Virus record (IMG/VR): IMGVR_UViG_3300047548_001872
Reading direction: 5' to 3' (one strand)
From: a virus
Lineage: Duplodnaviria; Heunggongvirae; Uroviricota; Caudoviricetes
Length of the DNA stretch: 64,000 bases
The notes beneath the pieces are model-generated. The model was not told where the DNA came from. It saw only the letters and a program-made list of their open reading frames with translations, and ran no database searches. The position numbers and the translations under genes are program-made. Positions 9,284-18,887 of the stretch are shown here, piece by piece; within the stretch, counting starts at the first letter, position 1, and each line of letters begins with the position of its first letter.

Positions 9284-9541
9284 CTACCAAAACAACCAAC
9301 TCAGCCAACTGCCTTTATCGGTTTCACCTCCCTTTTCAAATAATCCTTTAGCATAAGCCTTCTCCATCCATTCGGGCATTTCCATACCATTGTCAATGTA
9401 GGCGTGAGCATCTTCCAAGGTCTTGAACTCAATATCATTTACGAAATAATTGTCATCAATAGGGATGTACATTATCATTTCACCCTTGTAATCCAAGAAC
9501 TCAGGGTCATTATTTACTGGTGTGTTTTTTTGTTTTTTCAT
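9284..9541 (-). CDS. hypothetical acidic protein
   Basis: 85 aa, first gene of the minus-strand island. Confidence 0.45.
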   Translation of the reverse strand: MKKQKNTPVNNDPEFLDYKGEMIMYIPIDDNYFVNDIEFKTLEDAHAYIDNGMEMPEWMEKAYAKGLFEKGGETDKGSWLSWLFW

Positions 9542-9604
9542 AACAATTTGATTTAAAACACAAAGTTGCTTTTTTTTCGCAAAAAAAACATTAAAAAAGG
9601 AATA

Positions 9605-9665
9605 TTTTTTGTTGTAGTAAAAACAGTTTTCTTATATTTGTACTAACAAATACTTAAACCTTTAA
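9605..9665 (+). promoter_or_regulatory. conserved phage promoter P2 plus leader
   Basis: TTTG at 9608-9611 and TATATTTG at 9633-9640. Leader GTACTAACAAATACTTAAA. Confidence 0.65.
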
Positions 9666-9670
9666 AAAAA

Positions 9671-9952
9671 ATGGAATCAGCAAAACTTACAATGTCTTTG
9701 GTTTACGACAAAAAACGAGATGCGAACATGCATATTGTTGTTTGTTCAAACAATATTTTTGAAGATGTTTTAAAGCAAATCAAGAAGTGTTTCAAAGAGG
9801 ATTTTGAGGCTTCGGGAGTTGTTGAATATTACTCAAAAGAAACTATGATTTCTTTGTACGTCTCCGACCAAAAAAAAGTCGATTTTTTAAAAGTTAAGAT
9901 TTTGGAGAAGAAGTTAGAAACTTTTGGATTGCCTAAAATTTGTAAAAACTAA
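9671..9952 (+). CDS. hypothetical protein
   Basis: 93 aa. Confidence 0.5.
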   Translation: MESAKLTMSLVYDKKRDANMHIVVCSNNIFEDVLKQIKKCFKEDFEASGVVEYYSKETMISLYVSDQKKVDFLKVKILEKKLETFGLPKICKN

Positions 9953-10824
<872 letters not shown>

Positions 10825-10832
<8 letters not shown>

Positions 10833-11397
10833 TCAAACCCAACAAAACAAAGAAGCAATTCTTGCCTTCATTAACGAAAAGCTAATTGTTGACCGCTTCC
10901 CCGTTTCAAAAGAAATAAAACCTAATGGAAAACATTCTGATTGTAAGGTCATAATCAACGTTTCTGATGAGTTTTATTTGGGCAACTCCGAAGAAATTAT
11001 GCGCCAAGGAATTTTGAACTATTACTTCCCTATGGGAGAGTCAGGTGTCAATATGGGGATGAACTCTATATATGGAGCATTGCAGGTGCTTCATTCTATT
11101 TACACATGGAATCCTGATTGGAAAGTGCTTATCCATTGTCAAGCAGGCAAAAATAGAAGCCCAACAATCAAATCAGCTTTTTACTTCATGATGTTAAATG
11201 AGCATGAGCCTGATAAGACTAAAGAAGGAGGTAGAAATAATCGTATGATTGATAATTGCAACCGAGGTTTTTTGCCAGAACTTGTGAGAATGGAATTGTT
11301 CTTGCGAAAATGCAAGTTTGCCTTTGACAACCCTGAAAAGTTTTTTGGAGGGATGTTTGATTGGGCAATGTCAGACAAGCCAATTAATAAAAATTAG
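10825..11397 (+). CDS. dual-specificity/tyrosine protein phosphatase (CX5R)
   Basis: VLIHCQAGKNRSPT matches the VH1/DSP active site VxVHCxAGxxRS. Confidence 0.7.
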
Positions 11398-11409
11398 AGA
11401 GGAAAAGTT

Positions 11410-11649
11410 ATGTGTTATATTTTACTAATTAATTTAGGCGAAAAGAAAATTAAAACGCCAAGGCAGTTTTTAGAGCATTTTGGATTTGAAGGTACGAAGC
11501 GGTATATTTATCAATCTGTTGATTTAGATGGTTGTCTGTGCCAAGTGGATATTGATGATGCTTTAAAAACCCATTCCATTCCGTACAAAAGAGATTGTGG
11601 CGATTACTTTGTGGGTGAATTGGACGAGATTGTCGGTGATTCTGATTAA
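11410..11649 (+). CDS. hypothetical protein
   Basis: 79 aa. Confidence 0.45.
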   Translation: MCYILLINLGEKKIKTPRQFLEHFGFEGTKRYIYQSVDLDGCLCQVDIDDALKTHSIPYKRDCGDYFVGELDEIVGDSD

Positions 11650-11706
11650 AGGCTATTTTATGCCTTTTTCATTAGTATTTAGCTTAATGATTTAAAATTT
11701 AAAACG

Positions 11707-11916
11707 ATGGGGGTAGATACAAAAAAATTACTATTGGAAGTAAAAGACTTGCACAAGCATAGAGTTGAAGAAACAGTTTTGTTTGCAAGATGTGGCGCAA
11801 CTGACAAAGAAATGCGTTTGACATTCTATGGTGGTATTCAGGTTTTGCAAAACGGTAAGATTGTCCGAGAATTTGTGCAAGAGTTTCAGGCTGTAGAATT
11901 TTTTAATAGCTTATAA
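11707..11916 (+). CDS. hypothetical protein
   Basis: 69 aa. The stop abuts the TATAACGG box. Confidence 0.4.
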   Translation: MGVDTKKLLLEVKDLHKHRVEETVLFARCGATDKEMRLTFYGGIQVLQNGKIVREFVQEFQAVEFFNSL

Positions 11917-12006
11917 CGGTAGGCAGCTTGGCGACAGTAGCCGAAGCGTCGGCTTGCAGCGTTGGGGCTATTGCGCCAAACTGCGGTTATCGGCTGCCCT
12001 TCTTTT
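11917..12006 (+). other. GC-rich structured element (TAACG box plus nested stem-loops, terminator-like 3' end)
   Basis: Outer stem GGCAGC 11922-27 / GCTGCC 11993-98, inner GCCGA-agcg-TCGGC, then CTTCTTTTGG. Local GC far above the genome background. Confidence 0.45.
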
Positions 12007-12037
12007 GGAGTGATTAACAATTAAAACAAAAATACAA

Positions 12038-12403
12038 ATGGACAAAAACGAAATATTTCAATGCAATCAGATTATTGCACAATTCATGGGATGGACACCT
12101 GATGAAATTAGAATTTACATAGTTGGTAGAAATGGCAACATGGGGAAATTGGCTTTCAATGAAAGTTGGGATTTGCTCATGCCTGTAATTGAAAAGATTG
12201 AAAGCCTACCAACCAATAAGGAGGAAGGCGAGGAATATCAATTTAGTATTACAGGCGATGGCATTGCAATTACTCAATACGATGATGGCAGTGGCGTTAT
12301 TGCCAACAGAGTTAACGAAATCGGTAAAAGTAAACTAATGTCAGCTTTTGAAGTTGTGGCTGCTTTTTGCTGTGATTATCTCAAAGTTGAAAGGCGGTCT
12401 TAG
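12038..12403 (+). CDS. hypothetical protein
   Basis: 121 aa. Confidence 0.5.
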   Translation: MDKNEIFQCNQIIAQFMGWTPDEIRIYIVGRNGNMGKLAFNESWDLLMPVIEKIESLPTNKEEGEEYQFSITGDGIAITQYDDGSGVIANRVNEIGKSKLMSAFEVVAAFCCDYLKVERRS

Positions 12404-12461
12404 GGTTGCCGATAACGTGCGGGCGGTTGGCGCAGTGCGTATTACTAAAAACAAACTTGAT

Positions 12462-12749
12462 ATGAAAGCAGAAGAAATACTAAGGAGAATTGGATACGAC
12501 AATGATTCAATTACTTCAACAGAAAAATGGATAGCAGAAACAGTTTATAAACTTGCTATGGATGATGCAGCATCATTGCGCCAACCGCTTGTTAGCGGTT
12601 CGTTGCCGCCTGTTGACAATAGAGTGATGTTTGCTGATTATATACAACGTTGCGTAATTGAGAGGGGCGCTATGACTTACCCAAGTTTGCAGGATGCTAT
12701 TAAGGTGTGGGATGAAACTACAGAGAGGTTTAGTGGCAATGACCGCTAA
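12462..12749 (+). CDS. hypothetical protein
   Basis: Internal Met of ORF 12348..12749 chosen, downstream of the GC-rich 12395-12445 element. The stop lies within GCAATGACCGCTAACGTT. Confidence 0.4.
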   Translation: MKAEEILRRIGYDNDSITSTEKWIAETVYKLAMDDAASLRQPLVSGSLPPVDNRVMFADYIQRCVIERGAMTYPSLQDAIKVWDETTERFSGNDR

Positions 12750-12887
12750 CGTTATGCAACTTGGTGTCAGTTGCGGATTATGAAAACAGATTTTTCTATT
12801 TAAGAAAAAAGAACTTAAAAATTAGTATAAACAAAATACAGCAATTGCACCAAATTGCTGTTATAAGCAGGCTTTAAATATAATTTT

Positions 12888-13112
12888 ATGAATAGGTTAT
12901 TGATAAATATGAAAAATAAAGTAGAAACGATTAACGGGGCTATTGATATGATTTTTAGATTAAAAAAAGGCGAAAATATAAAACTAAATGGACTACATAG
13001 TTTTGAAGTTTCAATGGAAAACAATAAAGATTTCGATTACAATAAAAGATTATCGGAATTATACGAAGAACGCGAAAATTTACAAATCAGAATTATGCGT
13101 ATGGGTGGATAA
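12888..13112 (+). CDS. hypothetical protein
   Basis: 74 aa. Confidence 0.45.
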   Translation: MNRLLINMKNKVETINGAIDMIFRLKKGENIKLNGLHSFEVSMENNKDFDYNKRLSELYEERENLQIRIMRMGG

Positions 13113-13219
13113 GCTTGCTTATAACGGTTTGCAGATACACGCTGTGAGCGTTGGATTGAGCGTTGCAAAATAGCGTGTATGTGCTGTTAGTAGATGGCAC
13201 GGTTAATTAACGATAAAAT

Positions 13220-13606
13220 ATGATTATGAAACGAATACAAAGAAAGCGGACAAAAGGGTGGAAAATGCCCGAAAATACTGTTTATGTTGGCAGACCTACC
13301 AAATGGGGAAATCCTTTAAAATTGGTTGGAGATATTATTTACATAAATGCAAGTTGGAGAAGAAAGATTTTAGACCCGTGGGTTTACTTTAAGCAAGGAA
13401 CTATTGAAGATGTGGTAAAGTATTACGACTTGCTTTTAAATGGAGAATGGTTAGGAGATAACGAAGATATGAGATACTGGAATATTGAACTGCATAAGCT
13501 ACCAATACACGAGTTGAAGGGCAAAGATTTAGCTTGCTTTTGTCCGCTTTCTTGTGCTTGTCACGCAGATGTTCTTTTGAAACGTGTCAGTAGTGCTTTC
13601 TGCTAA
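13220..13606 (+). CDS. DUF4326-like protein
   Basis: KGWKMPENTVYVGRPTKWGNP ... DLACFCPLSCACHADVL resembles the DUF4326 signature as recalled from memory. Confidence 0.45.
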   Translation: MIMKRIQRKRTKGWKMPENTVYVGRPTKWGNPLKLVGDIIYINASWRRKILDPWVYFKQGTIEDVVKYYDLLLNGEWLGDNEDMRYWNIELHKLPIHELKGKDLACFCPLSCACHADVLLKRVSSAFC

Positions 13607-13687
13607 CGTTTTGCAGATTGGCGGTCGTTTTAATGCCGCCAATGTGCTGTTACCAGCAGTTAATATTCACAATTTAAAAACAGAAAT

Positions 13688-13915
13688 ATGATTTGGAATA
13701 AGATTGAAAACAAAAAGCCATTAGCCTACCAAAGCGGTGGATGGGATGGCAAAAAGAGCGACAAGGTATTAGTATGCACACGAAGCGGAAGATACTATGT
13801 TGCTGAAATGTATGAAGGTGTTTTAGATGGTAGCGAATTTTGTGACTTCTATGATGACCGAGATTTTGAGATAGAAAATGTGGCTTTTTGGACGGAGATT
13901 GACAGCCCGTTTTAA
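13688..13915 (+). CDS. small conserved protein, paralog of 3457..3684
   Basis: 75 aa, about 60% identical to 3457..3684. Confidence 0.55.
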   Translation: MIWNKIENKKPLAYQSGGWDGKKSDKVLVCTRSGRYYVAEMYEGVLDGSEFCDFYDDRDFEIENVAFWTEIDSPF

Positions 13916-13920
13916 TTGCT

Positions 13921-14056
13921 GGTAACGGCTGACGCTATACGAAGGCAGGGTTCAGATGCACTCCCTTTCAGCCTTTCACAATGATAAATAGATGCACACC
14001 GCTTGTATTAGCAGTACGCCCCTGCTTTTGTATAGCGTATGTTATAGGGCGTTTTT
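13921..14056 (+). other. large GC-rich structured RNA-like element
   Basis: 18-bp long-range stem CGCTATACGAAGGCAGGG (13933-50) / CCCCTGCTTTTGTATAGCG (14019-37) enclosing GATGCAC direct repeats, then GGGCGTTTTT. Confidence 0.45.
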
Positions 14057-14068
14057 AATTTAATTACA

Positions 14069-14290
14069 ATGTCAAAATTTACAATTTACAACGAAGATGG
14101 ATTTCCAGTAGGTAGCGTTAGAAAAGCATATCCTGTGAAATTTGTAGACCCGAAAAAAGAATACGAAGTAAGTTATCTTGCTCCGCACCAAAGTAAAAGT
14201 GGTGAACGGGAATCTGGAAATTTCACACTTAAAGGCGAAGATTTAACTGAAAATCAAATATGGCAGTTGTTTCTTCGGGAGGCTCTTTAA
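14069..14290 (+). CDS. hypothetical protein
   Basis: 73 aa. Confidence 0.5.
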   Translation: MSKFTIYNEDGFPVGSVRKAYPVKFVDPKKEYEVSYLAPHQSKSGERESGNFTLKGEDLTENQIWQLFLREAL

Positions 14291-14317
14291 AATGCCCTAT
14301 AACTCATCGCTAAGGAC

Positions 14318-14397
14318 ATATTTTACCGACTTATACATCTAAAATAAGGTAGATACCCTTGAAGCAAAGCCCTTTCTAATTGGGGGCTTTTTTTATT
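14318..14397 (+). other. conserved 3' element ending in an intrinsic terminator (copy 2)
   Basis: CATATTTTACCGACTTATACA...AAGCCC-tttctaatt-GGGGGCTTTTTTT. Homologous to 2769-2870. Confidence 0.55.
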
Positions 14398-14420
14398 GAT
14401 TTTTTTTAAAAAAAATGACT

Positions 14421-14480
14421 TTTTTTGTTGTAGCAAAAAATATTTATTTATATTTGTACTAACAAATACTTAAAACATAT
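14421..14480 (+). promoter_or_regulatory. conserved phage promoter P3 plus leader
   Basis: TTTG at 14424-27 and TATATTTG at 14449-56. Leader GTACTAACAAATACTTAAA. Confidence 0.65.
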
Positions 14481-14483
14481 AAA

Positions 14484-14735
14484 ATGAACTCATCTGAAAC
14501 CCCAATCTTGTGTGCCGAACACTCAAATGGAGCATTCAAAAAAACCTACATTATGTTCGTTAGAAAAGAAAATCCTTCCGCTAATAACGGGAACAAACCC
14601 TCTTTTGTTAAAGAAAAATTACCTACAAGTGACAAGAGTTTTTTGCAAAAGCAGAACTTTTACATTCGCTTGGTTGCGCTTGCCTTTGTTTACTTCTTTT
14701 GTAGATTTTGGGCTGGAATATTGTTTAATGTTTAA
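14484..14735 (+). CDS. hypothetical protein with hydrophobic C-terminus
   Basis: 83 aa. An alternative overlapping frame exists at 14512..14751. Confidence 0.35.
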   Translation: MNSSETPILCAEHSNGAFKKTYIMFVRKENPSANNGNKPSFVKEKLPTSDKSFLQKQNFYIRLVALAFVYFFCRFWAGILFNV

Positions 14736-14747
14736 TAATAAAAAAAA

Positions 14748-16466
14748 ATGAAGATTTCACTTTCCATAGAAAACATCGAAAAATTGGACAGTATTTTTTA
14801 CCGACATTTTTCTTCGGATTACTTTAATTATTCTGTCAGAAGATTAATTAAAGATGAAGATGCGGATAAAACACAAACATTTCCGTTTGACTTATCGGTA
14901 CTTGACTTAGAAAAATGCAAAGATTTCAAAGTCAAACTTGAAGAATTAAAAGTTCATAAAAAAACAATAACGACTGTTGACAATTGGATTAAGGCAATAT
15001 CCAATCCCTCAGATGTTGTTATTACATCTTTGAATTTTTTAGAAAAAACCATTGTCAATTCTTTAAAGACAATGAAGAAGACATACTTGTACTACAAAAA
15101 CCCCGATGAGTGCTTGGTTCGCTATGCTGTTTCCAGAGTTAAATATTCCGTGACAAGAGACGACGGAGCATTTGTGTCTTTGTCTTTAGCTGCTTTAAAT
15201 TATAATGTGCCTAATGGATATTACCACGACAACAATGATAAAATCGAAATCGGAAAAATAGAAACCATAATCCATTTTCAAAAGTCAGATATATCCAAAA
15301 TTTCTGAATCAGATATAGATTTCTTGTTAGACGATGAAAACAAGAAAGATGATTCCAGCACCGCTAAAAACTTCTTTTTTTCAAAAATATTATTTAACAA
15401 AAAGCTCTATTTGCCAACGGATGAACTGGATGAGGAGTATGAGGCTTCACTAAAAAAAGCATACGATTTGAGAAAAAAAGTCGGTCTTGTCTTTACAACC
15501 AATTCTATTGGAAGATTAATTTCAGACCCCCCAAGAGGCTCTTCGAATTGGAGAGTAATCAATAATGACAACCTAAAGTCAAGGTTGGTGGTAGATGTAA
15601 CACCAGAGCAAAAAGTTTCCTCAACCATATCTTCTGAAAACTTTGGAAATGTTGAATTGCCAGAACACCCTTATTGCTTGTTTTATGACTTGGCAAATTT
15701 TAGATATGTACTTCTTCACATTGAAAATTGCTTGCCTTATGTATATGACAAGACAATAATTGACAAGTTAGTTTTGAACACCAAAACTAAAGAGATATTG
15801 AAATCTTTAATTGGTTCTAAAAATAATTTTGAGGATATCATTTCAGGGAAAAGCGGTGGTATTGTAATACTTTCATCGGGAGGGGCAGGACTTGGAAAAA
15901 CCTTAACCGCTGAAGTTTATTCGGAACTTATGGAAAAGCCATTGTATTCGGTGCAATCTGCACAATTAGGTATCGATATAAAAGAAATCGAGAAAAACTT
16001 AAATAAGGTTTTAAATCGTGCCGAAAAATGGGGTGCAGTTTTGCTAATTGATGAAGCTGATACTTACGTTTATGAGCGAGGCAAAGACATTTTGCAAAAC
16101 GCTATTGTTGGCACGTTCTTGCGATTGATGGAGTATTACAACGGAATTTTGTTTTTGACAACAAATAGACCTGATATTGTAGACGATGCAATTATGTCAA
16201 GGGTTACTTTGCACATACCTTATAACTTACCAAACAAAGAGGAAAGTTCATTGTTGTGGTCTATCTTAACGGATAATTTTTCAATCAAAATTTCAGAGGA
16301 AACAAAATCCGACATTTGGGAAAAATACCAGCCGATGAGTGGTCGTGACATTCGTAATTTTTTGAAAGATGTAAAAAAAATATACAAGGATTCGAATGAG
16401 GTAAAAATTTCAATGCTTGAAGACTTATCGAACTTCTTGCCATTCTTGAAAGCAAAATCAAATTAA
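14748..16466 (+). CDS. AAA-family ATPase with ~350-aa N-terminal extension
   Basis: Walker A GGAGLGKT, Walker B LLIDEAD, sensor-1 and second region of homology LFLTTNRPDIVDDAIMSR (canonical AAA). Confidence 0.8.
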   Translation: MKISLSIENIEKLDSIFYRHFSSDYFNYSVRRLIKDEDADKTQTFPFDLSVLDLEKCKDFKVKLEELKVHKKTITTVDNWIKAISNPSDVVITSLNFLEKTIVNSLKTMKKTYLYYKNPDECLVRYAVSRVKYSVTRDDGAFVSLSLAALNYNVPNGYYHDNNDKIEIGKIETIIHFQKSDISKISESDIDFLLDDENKKDDSSTAKNFFFSKILFNKKLYLPTDELDEEYEASLKKAYDLRKKVGLVFTTNSIGRLISDPPRGSSNWRVINNDNLKSRLVVDVTPEQKVSSTISSENFGNVELPEHPYCLFYDLANFRYVLLHIENCLPYVYDKTIIDKLVLNTKTKEILKSLIGSKNNFEDIISGKSGGIVILSSGGAGLGKTLTAEVYSELMEKPLYSVQSAQLGIDIKEIEKNLNKVLNRAEKWGAVLLIDEADTYVYERGKDILQNAIVGTFLRLMEYYNGILFLTTNRPDIVDDAIMSRVTLHIPYNLPNKEESSLLWSILTDNFSIKISEETKSDIWEKYQPMSGRDIRNFLKDVKKIYKDSNEVKISMLEDLSNFLPFLKAKSN

Positions 16467-16471
16467 AATAA

Positions 16472-16747
16472 ATGAGGTCAAATAAAGAAATCGATTTGCA
16501 AATTGAAGGTCTTATTTCTGAAAAAAGACTGACACCCGAATACTCTATGTTTGGCGAGCCTAATCATGCAATTATTGATGCTCAAATTGAAATCCTAAAA
16601 GGAGAAAAAACGTTGGATGATTTTCCTTTTGATGAGGGCAATGAGATTTACAAAAAAGCAGAAAGGGCAACATTGTGGCTTACTGGTGATTATAAAAAAA
16701 ACTTGTATAATGAAAACCTTTTTTACGATGAAAAATCAATTCAATAA
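16472..16747 (+). CDS. hypothetical protein
   Basis: 91 aa. Confidence 0.45.
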   Translation: MRSNKEIDLQIEGLISEKRLTPEYSMFGEPNHAIIDAQIEILKGEKTLDDFPFDEGNEIYKKAERATLWLTGDYKKNLYNENLFYDEKSIQ

Positions 16748-16916
16748 GAAGTTCGCTTACTTAAAAGCCGTGCTTCTAATCTTAATTATCTTGGCTGTTG
16801 TCTACATCAATCTAAAAGCATTTAGAAGCAGCATGCCTACGATGATAATTCCAACACTTATCGGAACTATTTTATTTTTAATAATGTTCAACTTCAAAAA
16901 ATTTTTAAAAAACTAA
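16734..16916 (+). CDS. small membrane protein
   Basis: Start at MKNQFNKK inside ORF 16617..16916. Two hydrophobic segments. Confidence 0.35.
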   Translation, partial: NQFNKKFAYLKAVLLILIILAVVYINLKAFRSSMPTMIIPTLIGTILFLIMFNFKKFLKN

Positions 16917-16929
16917 AAAATCAACAACG

Positions 16930-17721
16930 ATGAAAAAAGCAATTTTTATTTTAGGCTTAATTGCCTTAGCAGCAATCTTTATGGTGTCATGTAATCGCCC
17001 TGAGCCTCAATATGAAGGGGTTCTGATGTCAAATTATGGTCGGAATGGAATCGAGGATTTCAAACCTGTTACGGGAGCGCAAGGAATCTTGTGGTTTGGA
17101 GAGGAACTATACCAAGTACCTATGTGGGAACAAGATGGTAATCCTAAAAAAGTTAGAATTAGCACAAAAGACCAAACGCCATTTTATGTAGACCCTTCCT
17201 ACACATATCGACCCATTAGATATAAGGGGGCAAACATTGTTTTAAGTTACAAAAACTATAACATTTCCGAGCCTGAGACTTTCTTCAATAGTATTGAGAA
17301 AAATATTTTAGACCGAAGGGTAGTTGATGCTTATAGAGAAGAAGCCCGAAAATTCACTACCGATTCATTGATGAATAATATGGCTAAATTTGAAGAAAAT
17401 GTTGAGGAAAAATTGAATAAAATTTTCGAGAAAAAGTTCTTTAGCCTTGAAACACTAACATCAGGATTAACGCCATCGGACAAAATGCTTGATGCAATTG
17501 AGGCAAGAAACGTTTCTTTACAAAGAGCTAATACCATTCGAAACGAGTTAGAAAACTCAAAACTACTATTGGAAAAAGCAAAAATTGATGCCGAGACGAA
17601 CCGAGTTAAATCCTCTGGACTGACCAAGGAGGTTTTAACCGAAAGATGGATTAACGCTTTCAAATCCACAAAGAACAAAGTGATTGTTACTGATGGAAGA
17701 ACTCCAATTATTTTGAATTAG
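16930..17721 (+). CDS. lipoprotein, possibly SPFH/band-7-like
   Basis: Signal peptide plus lipobox ...AAIFMVSC. The Ala/Glu-rich coiled region LEKAKIDAETNRV resembles SPFH proteins, weakly. Confidence 0.4.
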   Translation: MKKAIFILGLIALAAIFMVSCNRPEPQYEGVLMSNYGRNGIEDFKPVTGAQGILWFGEELYQVPMWEQDGNPKKVRISTKDQTPFYVDPSYTYRPIRYKGANIVLSYKNYNISEPETFFNSIEKNILDRRVVDAYREEARKFTTDSLMNNMAKFEENVEEKLNKIFEKKFFSLETLTSGLTPSDKMLDAIEARNVSLQRANTIRNELENSKLLLEKAKIDAETNRVKSSGLTKEVLTERWINAFKSTKNKVIVTDGRTPIILN

Positions 17722-17723
17722 TT

Positions 17724-18203
17724 ATGTCAACGACCCTTTCTCATAGCTCCATTGAGGAATTGTTTTACAAACCCTTGAAGCAAAAGCAAAAAGAGCCAAT
17801 GGATTCTGAATTATCAGAGATTTTCATTCGATTAGCTTTAGCTAAAGGCGTGAATATCCCTAATGAAGAAAAGCCTTTTTTGTATCAACTAATCGAGAAG
17901 AGATTAGAGCATGTGTTCACATTTAAGATGACTGACCCAAAAGCAATTTTATTAATTTGTGCGGTATCAGAATCAGCAGGAAATGCGGTTATGTATTTGT
18001 GGTATCTACAAGGGTGGTGCAAGGAAAATAATGTCAAAGAACTCGATTTCGAGTTGATTTCAACAAAGATTTTTCCTTTTGGTTTTTTTTCAAAAAGCAC
18101 TTTACAAGCAGCTTGGGATGCACAAAAAGTAAAAATTAAAGATTCATTTACGGGTAATCTTCTTGACTATACAGTTTTTGGTAAAACCCTTCAATTTGAA
18201 TAA
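17724..18203 (+). CDS. hypothetical protein
   Basis: 159 aa. Confidence 0.5.
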   Translation: MSTTLSHSSIEELFYKPLKQKQKEPMDSELSEIFIRLALAKGVNIPNEEKPFLYQLIEKRLEHVFTFKMTDPKAILLICAVSESAGNAVMYLWYLQGWCKENNVKELDFELISTKIFPFGFFSKSTLQAAWDAQKVKIKDSFTGNLLDYTVFGKTLQFE

Positions 18204-18205
18204 TA

Positions 18206-18565
18206 ATGGTTAAAAATTTCGAATCTGAAACGCAAGAGCTTTCGCAAGAGGAATTAATGCTTGTGAATCCATTAATGTTGGGGCTTGAGAGCAAAACCAA
18301 GGCAAAACCCATAAAGGGTAAAGACATTATTCAAAAAATGAATGTTTTCGCCAAGGAAAAAAAATTGCCAAAACTAAATGATGTACGGCTTAGAAAGCTA
18401 ATAAACCATATCAGGAGCAATTCGTTGCTTCCTGTTATGGCTTCATCGAAAGGGTATTATGTTTCTTATGATAAAGAAGACATAATGGCGCAGGTTGATT
18501 CTTTAAATCAAAGAGCAAAAAGCATTATGAATTGCGCAAAAGGACTTCAAAATTTTGTGAAATGA
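18206..18565 (+). CDS. hypothetical protein
   Basis: 119 aa. Confidence 0.5.
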   Translation: MVKNFESETQELSQEELMLVNPLMLGLESKTKAKPIKGKDIIQKMNVFAKEKKLPKLNDVRLRKLINHIRSNSLLPVMASSKGYYVSYDKEDIMAQVDSLNQRAKSIMNCAKGLQNFVK

Positions 18566-18885
18566 AAAAAAGAAGCCTTATCCGTGAAATCATGATTCTC
18601 TTATCAAATTCTCTTGAATTAAGAGATGATTGGATGGGTGTAGTAAGGGAAATTCATTTGATTCAAATGAAAGAGTTAGGGATAGATTCAAAAGACTATT
18701 TCTACACCTTATTTTACACGGAAAAACTAACGAATCCTCAAACGATTGGTCGTTTGTGGAGGTTAGTTCAAAACGAAAAAGAAAGCCTTCGGGGTAAACT
18801 TTGGAAAGAAAGACAAAAACAAGGAGGGCAAATCTCACAAGAATTTGCTCAAGCTAATAATCAACAACAAAAATTAGATTTGTAA
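18562..18885 (+). CDS. hypothetical protein
   Basis: ATGA start/stop overlap with the upstream gene at 18562-65. Confidence 0.45.
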   Translation: MKKRSLIREIMILLSNSLELRDDWMGVVREIHLIQMKELGIDSKDYFYTLFYTEKLTNPQTIGRLWRLVQNEKESLRGKLWKERQKQGGQISQEFAQANNQQQKLDL

Positions 18886-18887
18886 TT

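Noticed and set aside
11917-12006. tRNA gene in a GC-rich island (likewise 13921-14056, 2160-2300, 12580-12620 with GGTTCG)
   Set aside because: No 7-bp acceptor plus D-arm, 7-nt anticodon loop and T-arm could be assembled. The hairpins have 4-nt or very long loops.
12348-12461. 5' extension of ORF 12348..12749 across the GC-rich element
   Set aside because: It overlaps the upstream gene by 56 nt and runs through a structured GC-rich island. The internal start at 12462 was preferred.
14512-14751. Alternative-frame ORF overlapping 14484..14735
   Set aside because: Only one can be real. Neither has supporting motifs, and 14484 starts closer to the promoter leader.
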